Virus record (IMG/VR): IMGVR_UViG_3300010399_000001
Coordinates: 51,047 to 115,046 of that record
Source: a virus
Reading direction: 5' to 3' (one strand)
DNA: 64,000 bases
Numbering within the stretch: the first letter of the stretch is position 1; each line of letters starts with the position of its first letter. The notes under the pieces are model-generated. The model was not told the DNA's origin. It made no database searches and saw nothing but the letters and a program-made list of their open reading frames with translations. Positions 16,363 through 26,025 of the stretch are shown one piece after another. Position numbers and translations under genes: made by a program.

Positions 16363-16589
16363 TGGACGAGCAAGGACCCGCCGAAGTCTCAGTCGAAGAT
16401 CCGGATGAGCTGGACTGCGCACCGCCCGGCGCGAAGCTGGTGGTGTATCCGATCCGCTTCCCGGCCGATCGGGTCGAGCAGCTGCGGCGGGTCGCGGAGT
16501 CCAGGGATGTCAAGCCCACCGTCCTGGTGCGCGACTTCACCCTTATGATGCTCGATGTCGTCGATCGCAAGGGTGCGGAAACCAGGTGA
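16359..16589 (+). CDS. Putative ribbon-helix-helix DNA-binding protein
   Basis: VYPIRFPADRVEQLRRVAESRDVKPTVLVRDF. Confidence 0.55.
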   Translation: MMDEQGPAEVSVEDPDELDCAPPGAKLVVYPIRFPADRVEQLRRVAESRDVKPTVLVRDFTLMMLDVVDRKGAETR

Positions 16590-16936
16590 GCGCACTGCTC
16601 GGCGGTATCATCGATGCCGCTGCTGGCGGCCTTGGCGGTTACGTGTTCGGACGCATTCGCGGTGCGATGCTCAAACCGAAACCGAAGCCGGACCCGACGC
16701 CGATCTGTCTGTGCAGTCACGCCATCTCGTTCCATGAGGACAAAATCGGGCGGTGCATCAACGTCGACCTGAAGAAACTCAATACCGAGGTGGCCGCCCT
16801 CGACGGCAACGGTGACGTGATCTTCGATGATGACGACTATCCGGTGTTCAATGTCACCGAGTCATTCGTCGAGAAGCCGTGCGGCTGCCTGCACTACGTC
16901 GGTCCAGATCCGATACCGACGATGATCGCACTCTGA
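16586..16936 (+). CDS. Membrane-anchored Cys/His metal-binding protein (paralogue A)
   Basis: N-terminal hydrophobic helix; PICLCSHAISFH....GRC ... PCGCLHYVGP. Confidence 0.65.
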   Translation: MSALLGGIIDAAAGGLGGYVFGRIRGAMLKPKPKPDPTPICLCSHAISFHEDKIGRCINVDLKKLNTEVAALDGNGDVIFDDDDYPVFNVTESFVEKPCGCLHYVGPDPIPTMIAL

Positions 16937-16949
16937 GGGGGTGAAATAG

Positions 16950-17210
16950 ATGAGTGGACAACTCATAGAAGGTGCCGTGATCGCATTCGCGGCAGTCGGC
17001 ATCGGCTTCAGCCTGCCAAGTAGGCGCAGGAGGCCGAACCCGAAGAAGGCGATCTGTGGCTGCACACACCACCTGGCCCTGCATGATCCGGAGACCAGGG
17101 AATGCAGCTCCACCGTACCGGTGCCGATTTACGACAGCACTGGTGAGGTGAGAGGCTACGAGCGCAAGCCATGCGCCTGTAGGCAGTACATCGGGCCGCC
17201 TGCGGCCTAG
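16950..17210 (+). CDS. Membrane-anchored Cys/His metal-binding protein (paralogue B)
   Basis: TM helix; AICGCTHHLALH.....EC ... PCACRQYIGP. Confidence 0.65.
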   Translation: MSGQLIEGAVIAFAAVGIGFSLPSRRRRPNPKKAICGCTHHLALHDPETRECSSTVPVPIYDSTGEVRGYERKPCACRQYIGPPAA

Positions 17211-17216
17211 AACGAC

Positions 17217-17255
17217 AAAACAGCCCTCCGGCCCCGAAGGACCGGAGGGCTGTTG
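17217..17255. terminator. Terminator at the convergence of the accessory and late operons
   Basis: aacagccctccgg...ccggagggctgtt hairpin; T-tract on the minus strand. Confidence 0.8.
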
Positions 17256-17273
17256 CCATCTCCCGAGATGATC

Positions 17274-18254
17274 TTAGTTGATGCCGAGTGCCGCACTGGT
17301 ACGCGGACCGGCGATGCCATCGGCCACAAGGCCTCGGGTCATCTGGAAGTGCACTAGCGCAGTCATCGTGAGCGGGCCCGCCATGCCATCGATGGCCAGG
17401 CGCGAGCCGTGCCCATTCAGAGCGCCCTGTACGAGCTTTACGCGGGCCACCAGAGCACCCCACGTATGCGGGCCGCAGATGCCATCGGCAGCGAGCCCAT
17501 GAGCGCTCTGGAAGGCTCGCAGGGCTGCCAGGGTGCGAGGCCCGAAGGTCCCATCCTGAGCCCCCGGAACCTGCCCGGCGAGCATGAGTGAGCGCTGCAT
17601 CAGGATCACAGCGGCTCCGGTGCTGCCCTCGCGCAGGATGGGCAGATTGGCGGGCTGCGGCACGGTAGAGGCAGCGGGCCACTGCCCGTACTCGTCGGTC
17701 ATCGCTTCATCCAGATCGACCTGCACGCCGCCGATGTAGTTATCGACAGCCGTCTGGCGGATGGAAGCCGACCCATGCCACTTAGTCGGATTGCCGGACC
17801 AGGCGAAGGTCTGCCATGCGTACCTGAATCCCGCTGCGAGGGTGGCTGCAACGGTGTCGTACCCACCATAAACGCCGACCAGATCCTTCGATCCCTCGGC
17901 GTCCGCCACGCCATGAAGATAGTCGAGCACCGTGGAGATCTGGGCGAGAGTGGCGTCGAAGTCGACCGAGTAGTAGATAGGCACGCTTGCCGGGGCTCCG
18001 AGCGCCTGAGCCTGTGCGCGGGCCGTCCTGCCATCCGCTAGGCCGCCCTGATAGCCGCGCAGAGCCATCTGGGCGGTCGTCTCCCAGTTGAGAACGACCG
18101 AGATGCCAGCGCCATGCAGTGCGGAAAGCTCAGTGGCGGTCAGATTCTTGGAGGGGTCAGTCGACAGGTAGCGGCAGACAAACCCGATACCGGCGGACTT
18201 CAGGGATGAGGTGTCCGGATGGGTGAATGCGTAGTCGGCACCGGCAGTGGTCAT
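17274..18254 (-). CDS. Endolysin: DUF1906/GH25-like hydrolase plus peptidoglycan-binding repeats
   Basis: FVCRYLS...KNLT..E, IYYSVDFD, GVYG, WQT.AWS; C-terminal DG.FGP.T..A...FQ..HGL.ADGI.GP.T repeats. Confidence 0.9.
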   Translation of the reverse strand: MTTAGADYAFTHPDTSSLKSAGIGFVCRYLSTDPSKNLTATELSALHGAGISVVLNWETTAQMALRGYQGGLADGRTARAQAQALGAPASVPIYYSVDFDATLAQISTVLDYLHGVADAEGSKDLVGVYGGYDTVAATLAAGFRYAWQTFAWSGNPTKWHGSASIRQTAVDNYIGGVQVDLDEAMTDEYGQWPAASTVPQPANLPILREGSTGAAVILMQRSLMLAGQVPGAQDGTFGPRTLAALRAFQSAHGLAADGICGPHTWGALVARVKLVQGALNGHGSRLAIDGMAGPLTMTALVHFQMTRGLVADGIAGPRTSAALGIN

Positions 18255-18718
18255 GAGCTTGCCTCCGGGGGAGATGGGGCTAGTTGAGATAGGTGCTCGA
18301 TGATCTTCTCGATTCGGTCATCCTGAGCGGTCAGATGCGACTGTATCTCCAGAGCCTCGTGCAGCGCGGCGGAGGCATCCTTGAAGGTCTGCTCCGCTCG
18401 CGCGTCCGAGGCCTGGGCCTGCACGTTCTGGCCGACCATGATGATCGAGAGAAGGACCAGCTGGAGGAAGGTCTGCGCGATCCACGAGATGATCGCAGCC
18501 GTGCCCAGCCGGATAGCGGACGGTAGGGAGATGCAGTCGAACAGCGCGAACGCATAGGCGCACCACATGCTGCCGACTATCTTGGTGATCACCAGGGCAA
18601 GGCGGGTGTTGAAGCGGGTGATCACACTGCCGGTCGGGTGCTGATCTGCGACCTTGACCGGGCCCTCTTGCCTGCGCTGTTCGATGTGAGGGTGCGGCAT
18701 GTGCTCATAGGTACTCAT
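18251..18718 (-). CDS. DUF1003-like membrane protein (holin candidate)
   Basis: VGSMWCAYAF, LQLVLLSIIMVGQN; two TM helices; adjacent to the endolysin. Confidence 0.65.
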   Translation of the reverse strand: MSTYEHMPHPHIEQRRQEGPVKVADQHPTGSVITRFNTRLALVITKIVGSMWCAYAFALFDCISLPSAIRLGTAAIISWIAQTFLQLVLLSIIMVGQNVQAQASDARAEQTFKDASAALHEALEIQSHLTAQDDRIEKIIEHLSQLAPSPPEASS

Positions 18719-19023
18719 CGGTGCGTCACCAAGAGTGTGACGACGATGGCCATGGCTGCGATCAGCAACCCAGTGGCGGTACCGAGGATCGTGATCAAGA
18801 ACCGACTGCGGTTGGTGTCCTTCTCTTCCACTCTCTCCTCCGTCTCCTTCTCCTTCGTGATGGCGTTCACCTTGATTTCGACTGCACCGACGCGGTGCTC
18901 AAGATTGTTCACGTCAGCTCTATCCGCCTTACCGGTCAGGACGTTCATCATCAAGTCCAGCTTGCCGTCCAGGCGCGATATCAATTCCTTGACGGAGAAG
19001 ACGATTGCCGGTTCCTCAGCCAC
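18715..19023 (-). CDS. Coiled-coil protein with a C-terminal TM helix (lysis accessory candidate)
   Basis: Coiled coil plus hydrophobic C-terminus in the lysis cassette. Confidence 0.6.
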   Translation of the reverse strand: MAEEPAIVFSVKELISRLDGKLDLMMNVLTGKADRADVNNLEHRVGAVEIKVNAITKEKETEERVEEKDTNRSRFLITILGTATGLLIAAMAIVVTLLVTHR

Positions 19024-19104
19024 TAGTGACCTCCAGTATTCGGCCATGGGCATCACGGGCGCCGTCCGCCACACCTGATAGGGCCGCTAGGGCGAGGATT
19101 GGCA

Positions 19105-19545
19105 TCATGCGTCCTTGGCCGGAACGAACTCAGCGGCGGGCTTGGCCCCGGCGCGATGCCAACGTAGGGTCTCCCAAAGGGCTGAGGGAATGACGTGAAC
19201 CCCGTAGTGCGTGCGGTGGTGGTTGGTGCACAGGACTTCCAGGTTGCCGGGTGACTCCACCCATGCCTGGAAGTCCTCATCGTTCTCGAAGTGCAGTCCA
19301 AGCCCCTGCTCGACCCGATGAGAGTCCACCGCGTTGATCTGCGAGAACTCCACGTGGCTGTGATGCAGCTCGGGTCCACCACCACACAGGTCGTCGTTGA
19401 TGATGCACTTCCACAAGCCCTGACGCTTGAGCCGCGCCTTGGCCTGCTCGAACAGATGGTAGTGCGGGTCGTCCTCGCGCGGCTCATGCTCGGGCACATG
19501 CGCGAGGATGTGCAGGGTCATCGACTGATCATGCTCTGCCGTCAT
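19105..19545 (-). CDS. His-rich HNH-like protein
   Basis: C...C....ELHH..VE....N ... NLEVLC..HH.....VH. Confidence 0.55.
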   Translation of the reverse strand: MTAEHDQSMTLHILAHVPEHEPREDDPHYHLFEQAKARLKRQGLWKCIINDDLCGGGPELHHSHVEFSQINAVDSHRVEQGLGLHFENDEDFQAWVESPGNLEVLCTNHHRTHYGVHVIPSALWETLRWHRAGAKPAAEFVPAKDA

Positions 19546-19553
19546 AGCTTCTC

Positions 19554-20267
19554 CTAGACCAGAAGGGTGATAGCAAGCGATACGTGACCGCCAGTTACGT
19601 TCACTGCCGCAGCGGCCTCTGCGTATGCGCCTAGCTGGATGAGGTCGCCAGCATTGAACTGCTGGATGTCCGCCACCTGGCAGTCCCCACCGTTTATCAC
19701 GATGTACTCGGAACCCCGAGCAAAGACCGTGCCGTTCTTAGTGAGAACTGGAGCCTGGGAGAAGCTGGTGGATGCCAGGGTGGTGCCGATGGTCCCGTGA
19801 ACCAGCCAGTACCCTCCGGAGAAGGGGATGGTGAAGCGGTGATTGGCGGCGGAGAACATGCCGTGCGGATCTTCTCCGGTCGCAACGCTGTTGAGGTTTA
19901 GAACATCGAAGCCGGACTGCCCCGAGCGGGATGTGAGCGTCTGAGATCCAGTCTGCGTCGCCCGGCCGTGATAGTTCCCACCCCCATGACGCCACCACGT
20001 GCCAGGCGTACCGGCAACCGCACAGATCCACACGAAGCCGTCTTGCGAGATGATCATGTCGCCTTGCAGGAATGTCCCCGATGTAGGTGGCCCTGCGGTC
20101 GTGCCGCCTACATATCTAGACGCAGAGGGTGCGCCGACAGTTACGGCCTGGATGCCATTGGAGACCGTTACCTGAGTCGTAGGATCTGAACCATTGAGCA
20201 GGTTGCTGACCTGATTGATGTCCTGGGCATTGAGAAATGTACCAGTCGAGACGGTATACAACGACAT
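19554..20267 (-). CDS. Tail fibre / receptor-binding paralogue 4
   Basis: Shared N-terminus (A.D.NQ..NLLNG), PPTSGTF..GD..W.C..AGTPGTW, C1q-like beta C-terminus. Confidence 0.65.
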   Translation of the reverse strand: MSLYTVSTGTFLNAQDINQVSNLLNGSDPTTQVTVSNGIQAVTVGAPSASRYVGGTTAGPPTSGTFLQGDMIISQDGFVWICAVAGTPGTWWRHGGGNYHGRATQTGSQTLTSRSGQSGFDVLNLNSVATGEDPHGMFSAANHRFTIPFSGGYWLVHGTIGTTLASTSFSQAPVLTKNGTVFARGSEYIVINGGDCQVADIQQFNAGDLIQLGAYAEAAAAVNVTGGHVSLAITLLV

Positions 20268-20275
20268 AGCGCCCC

Positions 20276-21022
20276 CTAGTTTCCCATGAACGTGCCCTGA
20301 AGGACGTTGTCGGTGTAGCCGAGAGTTACCGAGTATGAGCCCTCGCTGTAGATACCGAGCTGAATGACATCACCGACGACAGTGGTCACCAGAGAGGAGA
20401 CCTGGACGCTGGGCGTCCCGTAGCCGAGGAACTGGGAGCCAAAGCAATATGGCTGACCGTTCTTGAGCAGCAATATTCCGATGTCCTCACCAACGGTTCC
20501 ACCGCCTAGCGAGATCGAACCGGAGAACAGGTAGGTGCCCGGATACTGAATGGTGATCGCCGATTGAACGGCAGAGCTGCCGGGGAAGTTATGAACCTTC
20601 TGCCCGATAACCTCATCGAAGTTGACGATATCGAATCCGGTGCGACCCGTTCTCGTGGTGAACACTTGACCGGTATTGAGTACTCGTATACCACCAGCCG
20701 TATTGCCGCCGCCGATGCGGTACCACGTGCCGGGGGTGCCAGCTGAGACGCAGACCCAGAGGCACAGCAGCACTGGATCTGTCATCAGATCACCGACAGC
20801 CCAGGTGCCGGATGTCGGAGGCCCACCGGTCGCCGAGCCGATCGCTGCCGACATTCCTACTAGACCGGTCGCAGCAGTAGCACCCGTAAGCTGGGCGCGG
20901 ATACGATTGGCGATCGTTATGCCGCCCTGCATCGGCCCAGAGGTCCCGCTCAGCAGCATGATCGCCTGGTTCAGGTCTTGCGCTGCGGGTGGATAGGTGT
21001 TCTGCACCGTATATAGCGCCAC
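20276..21022 (-). CDS. Tail fibre / receptor-binding paralogue 3
   Basis: AQDLNQ..LLSG, PPTSGTW..GD, WVCVSAGTPGTW. Confidence 0.65.
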   Translation of the reverse strand: MALYTVQNTYPPAAQDLNQAIMLLSGTSGPMQGGITIANRIRAQLTGATAATGLVGMSAAIGSATGGPPTSGTWAVGDLMTDPVLLCLWVCVSAGTPGTWYRIGGGNTAGGIRVLNTGQVFTTRTGRTGFDIVNFDEVIGQKVHNFPGSSAVQSAITIQYPGTYLFSGSISLGGGTVGEDIGILLLKNGQPYCFGSQFLGYGTPSVQVSSLVTTVVGDVIQLGIYSEGSYSVTLGYTDNVLQGTFMGN

Positions 21023-21032
21023 GCGGTGCCCC

Positions 21033-21842
21033 CTATTCGACGTGCCAGACCGAGATGTACGTACGATCCGGACCCGACACGTCTACATTGAAAGCCGCCG
21101 GGGCGGATGCAAGCGGACTCATCGCGAGTTGCATACCTGGTCCGGCGTTCATGAAAGCGCAGAAGTAGGTGCCGGTATACTTATGCGTATTGTCCTGCAC
21201 CGCAGAGATCTGGATACCGGCCGGGCCGACGGTATTCATGGCTGTGAATAGCCACGAGACATTCATCGAGTTGACGCCAGAACCATGCACTGCCGCTGCG
21301 ATACCCCAGATGCCGTCGAATGGGATCTGGATTGCGATACCAGGGCCGAAGATACTCGGCCTGATCATCCCTCGCGGATCGAAGTCGACAGTATCACCCG
21401 TGACGTATGTGATCAGAGTCGTAGAGACTGACACCGCAGCGGTCTGATGGATGCGGCATACGTATCCAGATACTCCCGTGGGGCTAGAGTCTAGCCCCTC
21501 ATTCGTCACGTAGTTGTATACGCCGATTGGGCCGCCCGTGCTGGCCCAGGATAGATCCCCGTTCTGATAATACGTACCCTGACCCATTCCCTGACCATCG
21601 AAGTCAGTCGGGAATGGAGAATCGGAGAACGTTGAATAGTTGAAGTTGAATGTCGGCTGATTCGGATATGGGGTACGGCCGCCGACATAACGCAGAGGGG
21701 CTGGGGCGGGGGAGAGCTGGGCGGAGATGGGGCCATTGACCGTCACCTGGGTATTGGTCGTCGTGCCGTTTAGCAGATTGACTACCTGATTGAGATCGGC
21801 GGCGCTGCTCGTGTTGCCCTCGGTGATGAGAGTTAGCGCCAT
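21033..21842 (-). CDS. Tail fibre / receptor-binding paralogue 2
   Basis: AADLNQVVNLLNGTTT; divergent middle and C-terminus. Confidence 0.6.
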   Translation of the reverse strand: MALTLITEGNTSSAADLNQVVNLLNGTTTNTQVTVNGPISAQLSPAPAPLRYVGGRTPYPNQPTFNFNYSTFSDSPFPTDFDGQGMGQGTYYQNGDLSWASTGGPIGVYNYVTNEGLDSSPTGVSGYVCRIHQTAAVSVSTTLITYVTGDTVDFDPRGMIRPSIFGPGIAIQIPFDGIWGIAAAVHGSGVNSMNVSWLFTAMNTVGPAGIQISAVQDNTHKYTGTYFCAFMNAGPGMQLAMSPLASAPAAFNVDVSGPDRTYISVWHVE

Positions 21843-21845
21843 CGG

Positions 21846-22625
21846 TCACATCCACCCGTACAGATAGAAGCGCGATCCGGCGACGAAGTTACCGGATGCG
21901 GGGTACAGCTTGAGCGAAGTGACCGGACCTACGTTGGTCGTGCTACCACCGAACACGCCCGCAATACCCGTAGCGGAGTTGCCGAGATTCACGCAGGTCG
22001 CCACGATTGGAATATAGTTGGTGTCCTGCGCGCCATTAATATCGACAGTGCCGCTTCCGAAGTAGTTCGCGTTGCTGCTGGTGCCCGGTAGCGTACCGAT
22101 CAGAAGATTTGCAGTAAGCGACAGAGCCCCGGCGACGGTGCTGTTGTTGGCGTCGATAAACTGCGACAGGTATGAGCTAGAGGTGACTCCGTTCACCTGC
22201 ATGTTCATATTCTGCGTCACAGTGGCAGCATCCCCCTTGGCATGCCACTTGAGCGTGAGACAGTTGAACGCTGGAATGCTTGAGAAGGTGATCGATGCTA
22301 GTGAGCTGATCAGTGTCTGCGAGCTGATCAGCGTCGGGCCGGTGCTCCATGTGCCGGGACTGCCACCAGCCGTGCACACCCATTCCACCCCGAGGGTGCT
22401 ATCGATGATGAAGTCACCGGCGACGAAGGTGCCGGAAGACGGTGGTCCGCCAGCGATCTGTCCGACGTACCCACCGGAACCGGCCGTAGCACCAGAGAGC
22501 TGGGCGCGGATACGACCGGAGTTGGTGATCTGAACGCCTGTAGTCGTGCCGTTAAGCAGGTTGGTGAACTGATTCACGTCATTTGGGGAGATGACGGAAG
22601 CGGCCTGCACCGCATATAGAGCCAC
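21846..22625 (-). CDS. Tail fibre / receptor-binding paralogue 1
   Basis: NDVNQFTNLLNGTTT, PPSSGTF..GD, WVC.AGGSPGTW; C-terminus ..GSRFYLYG. Confidence 0.65.
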   Translation of the reverse strand: MALYAVQAASVISPNDVNQFTNLLNGTTTGVQITNSGRIRAQLSGATAGSGGYVGQIAGGPPSSGTFVAGDFIIDSTLGVEWVCTAGGSPGTWSTGPTLISSQTLISSLASITFSSIPAFNCLTLKWHAKGDAATVTQNMNMQVNGVTSSSYLSQFIDANNSTVAGALSLTANLLIGTLPGTSSNANYFGSGTVDINGAQDTNYIPIVATCVNLGNSATGIAGVFGGSTTNVGPVTSLKLYPASGNFVAGSRFYLYGWM

Positions 22626-22635
22626 GGCGGACCCC

Positions 22636-22845
22636 CTACTCGCTCAGTACCGCGACGCGACTCTCCAGCTCGGCGATCCTCGCCTCGGCGGCCAGGAGCT
22701 TGTCATGGACATCGTTGGTCTCGGCTGCCCGCTGCTGGAGAACCTTGGTCAGTTGCTTGATGTATGCCATCGCCTTGCCGAGTTCCGCATAGGCGGTGTC
22801 GACATCCGGCTGGAACGGCGGGACGGCGGGGGGCAGATCGGTCAT
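22636..22845 (-). CDS. Small coiled-coil protein
   Basis: Heptad pattern; located in the tail module. Confidence 0.55.
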   Translation of the reverse strand: MTDLPPAVPPFQPDVDTAYAELGKAMAYIKQLTKVLQQRAAETNDVHDKLLAAEARIAELESRVAVLSE

Positions 22846-22853
22846 CGACTACC

Positions 22854-23603
22854 TCATGCTGATTGCAGGGTCATGGAGAAGTTGAGCGTGGCGGTCTGAG
22901 CGCTCGTCTTGGTCACCGAGGGCGAGAGCAGCGCGTGATCAAGCAGGGTGCCGGTGTTATAGGCCACCGTCGTGCCGATCGCGAACGAGCTGACTGCGGT
23001 GAACGAGCTGACGTTGATAGTCGTCGAGCCTGCGGTAGTGATGCCGGAAGTCACCACGCTCTGCGTCTGTCCGGTGCCAGCGCCGTAGTTGATGATCAAC
23101 GTAGAGCTGGCAGGGATAGTGGCAGTGGTGGCGCTGACGGCGAGCGAGGTGTAGGTCTGGTTCAGCGTGAGGCCGCTAGAGAGAGTGACTTGCTGGGTGG
23201 AGGCCTGCACGAACACACCCATCTCGGTGACCGTGCCGTTGCCTGCGGTGGTAGGAAAGAAGAACTGATACGTCAGCACATTGGCGCTGTCGGTGCCGGT
23301 GGTCACCAGCTCTCGGCCGATCTCATTACCGAGGGCGATATCCCCTGCTACCGGAGTGGCTACGCCAGTGCCGACCGCGCCATAGATGTCGCCGAGGTTG
23401 CCAGAGGTCGAGGCGAAGGGGCTACCCCATCCGCTGTTGTAGTTCTGAATGAACGCCCAGTTCAGCGCAGAGGCTATGACGTTGAGACCGGAGGTGACGA
23501 TCAGGTTCTTCGAGGAGCGCGAGTCCACCAGATCACCGGACTCGGCGTCGAAGACATCCAGCCGCAGAACGCCGAACATGCCGAAACGATCCCGATGGCT
23601 CAT
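22854..23603 (-). CDS. Minor tail / baseplate protein
   Basis: NLIV.SG, AVGTG..P..GD.ALGNE, NGTVTEMG, .KTS..T motifs typical of tail-fibre attachment proteins. Confidence 0.65.
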   Translation of the reverse strand: MSHRDRFGMFGVLRLDVFDAESGDLVDSRSSKNLIVTSGLNVIASALNWAFIQNYNSGWGSPFASTSGNLGDIYGAVGTGVATPVAGDIALGNEIGRELVTTGTDSANVLTYQFFFPTTAGNGTVTEMGVFVQASTQQVTLSSGLTLNQTYTSLAVSATTATIPASSTLIINYGAGTGQTQSVVTSGITTAGSTTINVSSFTAVSSFAIGTTVAYNTGTLLDHALLSPSVTKTSAQTATLNFSMTLQSA

Positions 23604-24598
23604 TTCCACTGGAACGTCCCCCATTGCGTGCTCGTGCCGTTATAGGTGGCAACCGTGGGAGCAGAGTAACCCGGATATGGGGTGATGCCGTACTGCGTCG
23701 CTCCACCGCCATACGCCTCGGCGAGCGCATCGGAAGCGATGCCCCAGTTGTAATGCGTGCTCACCTGGGTTGGCGTAAGCGGCTTGCGGTAGATCGCCAC
23801 CTCGGCCATGGACATCTGGCATGTCTGAAAGACGCCATAGTTTCCAAGGACCACATTATTGGCGGTGTTGGACGGTACTGTCGTATACGTCTGGCTGCCG
23901 ACCTGCGAGCCGTTGATATAGACCTTGATGGCCTTCGCGCTGCCATCTCTGGTCACTACCACGTGATACCAGTTGTTGAGCGACATGGAGCCGGAAGCGA
24001 AGGCAGCGAGCCCGTTCTGCGCGAAACCGATCTGACCGACCCCAGAGTTGTTGTATAGGTATACCTCGAACTCTCCGGTGGAGCCTCCGGTGTTCGCCTC
24101 CTTCACGATCAGGGAGTACAGACCGCCAGTGGTGTTGAACGAGGTGAAGAAGACCCAGAACTCCACCGAGAGGTCGCCGGTGATCTGTAGTGAGGAGTTG
24201 TTGTTGAACACGATATTGCTTGCGGTGAAGCTGGTGAACTGGGACGCATGAGAGTGGGCGAGAAAGCTACTGGCATTCTGAGTGATGCCAGTCATAGACG
24301 ATGATGCGATGCGCGGATAGATCGAGAAGTAGCCCTGATTCGAGTCGTACGCCACGCCACCAGAGGACTCGGCGAGACGCCAGTAAGAGGTTGGCATGTC
24401 TCCGGAGGCGTTCGTTGGATAGATCGTCGAGGTGGTGAACGTGGGCGCAGAGCCGCTCACATTGAAGTTCAGGGCCTCGATATCCGAGTAGAACTGATTG
24501 AGGACCTCGGTAGAGTCAAGCGGGATGTTCTCGGTCGAGTTGTTCGCGAGCTGGGCGAACAGATCCTGCATGGTCAGCGCGCGCCCCGGAGTCGGCAT
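23600..24598 (-). CDS. Minor tail protein with a LamG/concanavalin-A-like domain
   Basis: SYWRLAE..G..AYDS, SVEFWV, WYHVVVT, VYING, EVAIY...LT..QV..HY. Confidence 0.82.
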   Translation of the reverse strand: MPTPGRALTMQDLFAQLANNSTENIPLDSTEVLNQFYSDIEALNFNVSGSAPTFTTSTIYPTNASGDMPTSYWRLAESSGGVAYDSNQGYFSIYPRIASSSMTGITQNASSFLAHSHASQFTSFTASNIVFNNNSSLQITGDLSVEFWVFFTSFNTTGGLYSLIVKEANTGGSTGEFEVYLYNNSGVGQIGFAQNGLAAFASGSMSLNNWYHVVVTRDGSAKAIKVYINGSQVGSQTYTTVPSNTANNVVLGNYGVFQTCQMSMAEVAIYRKPLTPTQVSTHYNWGIASDALAEAYGGGATQYGITPYPGYSAPTVATYNGTSTQWGTFQWK

Positions 24599-24606
24599 CG
24601 CACCCC

Positions 24607-26016
24607 CTAGAAGATTCCGGCCGGACCGTTGGCCCTGGCGGCAGTGATCTGGTAAACGCGATATCCAGCGCCCTTGTCGGATGCCTGGATCGTAAGCTGC
24701 ACCACGATGAAGGTGTCGTTGATGCCGACCGAACCGCCGTTATAGAAGTCCGGCGTGGAGGAGTTGATGAACGTGAACAGCTCTCCCGCTCGGATGTGAC
24801 CCGGCCAGTCGTCAGTGGTGTAGAACTGAACTCGATCCTCTGGATAGCCGAAGGTGTGCACCTCAGTCTGGCCGCGAAGCTGCGCGGCCTCCAGCGACTG
24901 AAGGTTGGTATCTGCGATGTAGACGGAGAAAACGCCCCGGTTCGGCAGGGACGCGTACTTGGCGATCGAGGCTGGGGCGGTGACCTCTGCGATGTTCGGA
25001 GCCACGTACTTGTACTTTATCACGATCGAGGCACCGGCTCCAGGGATGGAGCCGAAACTGCCATTGACCTGGAGGAACCACTGACCCGACAGGTTCGGCT
25101 GAATAACGAATGCCGTGGTCTGGCTGGTGCCGAGCTGAGCCGATACCGTCTGGGTTACTCCCGCGACCTTGAGGTTGATGCTGGAGATGGCAGTAGTATC
25201 GGGGGCCTGCGTCAGAGGCCAGGCCGTCTGTGAACCATTGCCGACGAATGTGTCCACCTGTGCCACGAAGTACGTCGAACCGCGCACCACTGCGCGGTTG
25301 CGCATCTGCGTGGCGTCCCAGCCGTACATGAAGTTGTCCACGTCATAGAAGCCGAATGTCGTGGAGACTGGGCTATTGCCGCCGATCTGCGCGGTGAGGT
25401 TGTCGCTGAAGGTGATACCCGATACCGGAGCATTGGCCAGCGGGTAGAAGTGCAGATTGCGATTCTCGTCGATATACCAGCCCCAGCTGGTGTAGGTCGC
25501 AGCGAGCTGGACGGTGTTGGTCAGTGCGGCCGAGAGGGTGTTGAAGATGTACTTGGCGCGCACCACCAGCGGTCCCGGATAGACGAATCCGGCCGGAGCC
25601 AAGGCCGCATTGATGCCGCAGTTCGCATTGGCCACTGCGGCAAGCACGATCTGGTCGGTGGTCATATTGGAGGTGTCGAGCTGAACCAGGGCGCGATCAG
25701 ACAGATACGTCCAGTCAGTGCACTGAAGCTCCCAATAGGCCAGGTTTGGACCGGGGCGGGTCAGCTCTGGGTATGTACACAGCCCGGAGAACAGGGTCAC
25801 GCCGAGAGTGTTGTCGACGAAGACAACCTGAGAGAGGGGCTGGACCGTGAAGGTCAGGGAGACACCGCCCTCGGTGATCGAGGGGTGCTCGTCCACCAGA
25901 TAGAAGGTGGCGGTGTCTCCCTGGCGCGACCACTGCTGCGTGATGGTCCAGGTGTCCTGTTCCAGATACTGAGTCAGATCGACTCCGTTGACGAGGAACT
26001 GGACAGTATTGGCCAT
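24607..26016 (-). CDS. Minor tail / hub protein
   Basis: Follows the tape measure; WYIDENRNLHFY, NRAVVRG, SIAKY motifs. Confidence 0.7.
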   Translation of the reverse strand: MANTVQFLVNGVDLTQYLEQDTWTITQQWSRQGDTATFYLVDEHPSITEGGVSLTFTVQPLSQVVFVDNTLGVTLFSGLCTYPELTRPGPNLAYWELQCTDWTYLSDRALVQLDTSNMTTDQIVLAAVANANCGINAALAPAGFVYPGPLVVRAKYIFNTLSAALTNTVQLAATYTSWGWYIDENRNLHFYPLANAPVSGITFSDNLTAQIGGNSPVSTTFGFYDVDNFMYGWDATQMRNRAVVRGSTYFVAQVDTFVGNGSQTAWPLTQAPDTTAISSINLKVAGVTQTVSAQLGTSQTTAFVIQPNLSGQWFLQVNGSFGSIPGAGASIVIKYKYVAPNIAEVTAPASIAKYASLPNRGVFSVYIADTNLQSLEAAQLRGQTEVHTFGYPEDRVQFYTTDDWPGHIRAGELFTFINSSTPDFYNGGSVGINDTFIVVQLTIQASDKGAGYRVYQITAARANGPAGIF

Positions 26017-26025
26017 CACGATCTC

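Noticed and set aside
19554-22625. Diversity-generating retroelement or invertible shufflon behind the four fibre paralogues
   Set aside because: No reverse transcriptase, template/variable repeat pair, invertase or inverted cassettes are seen; all four genes are intact and co-oriented.
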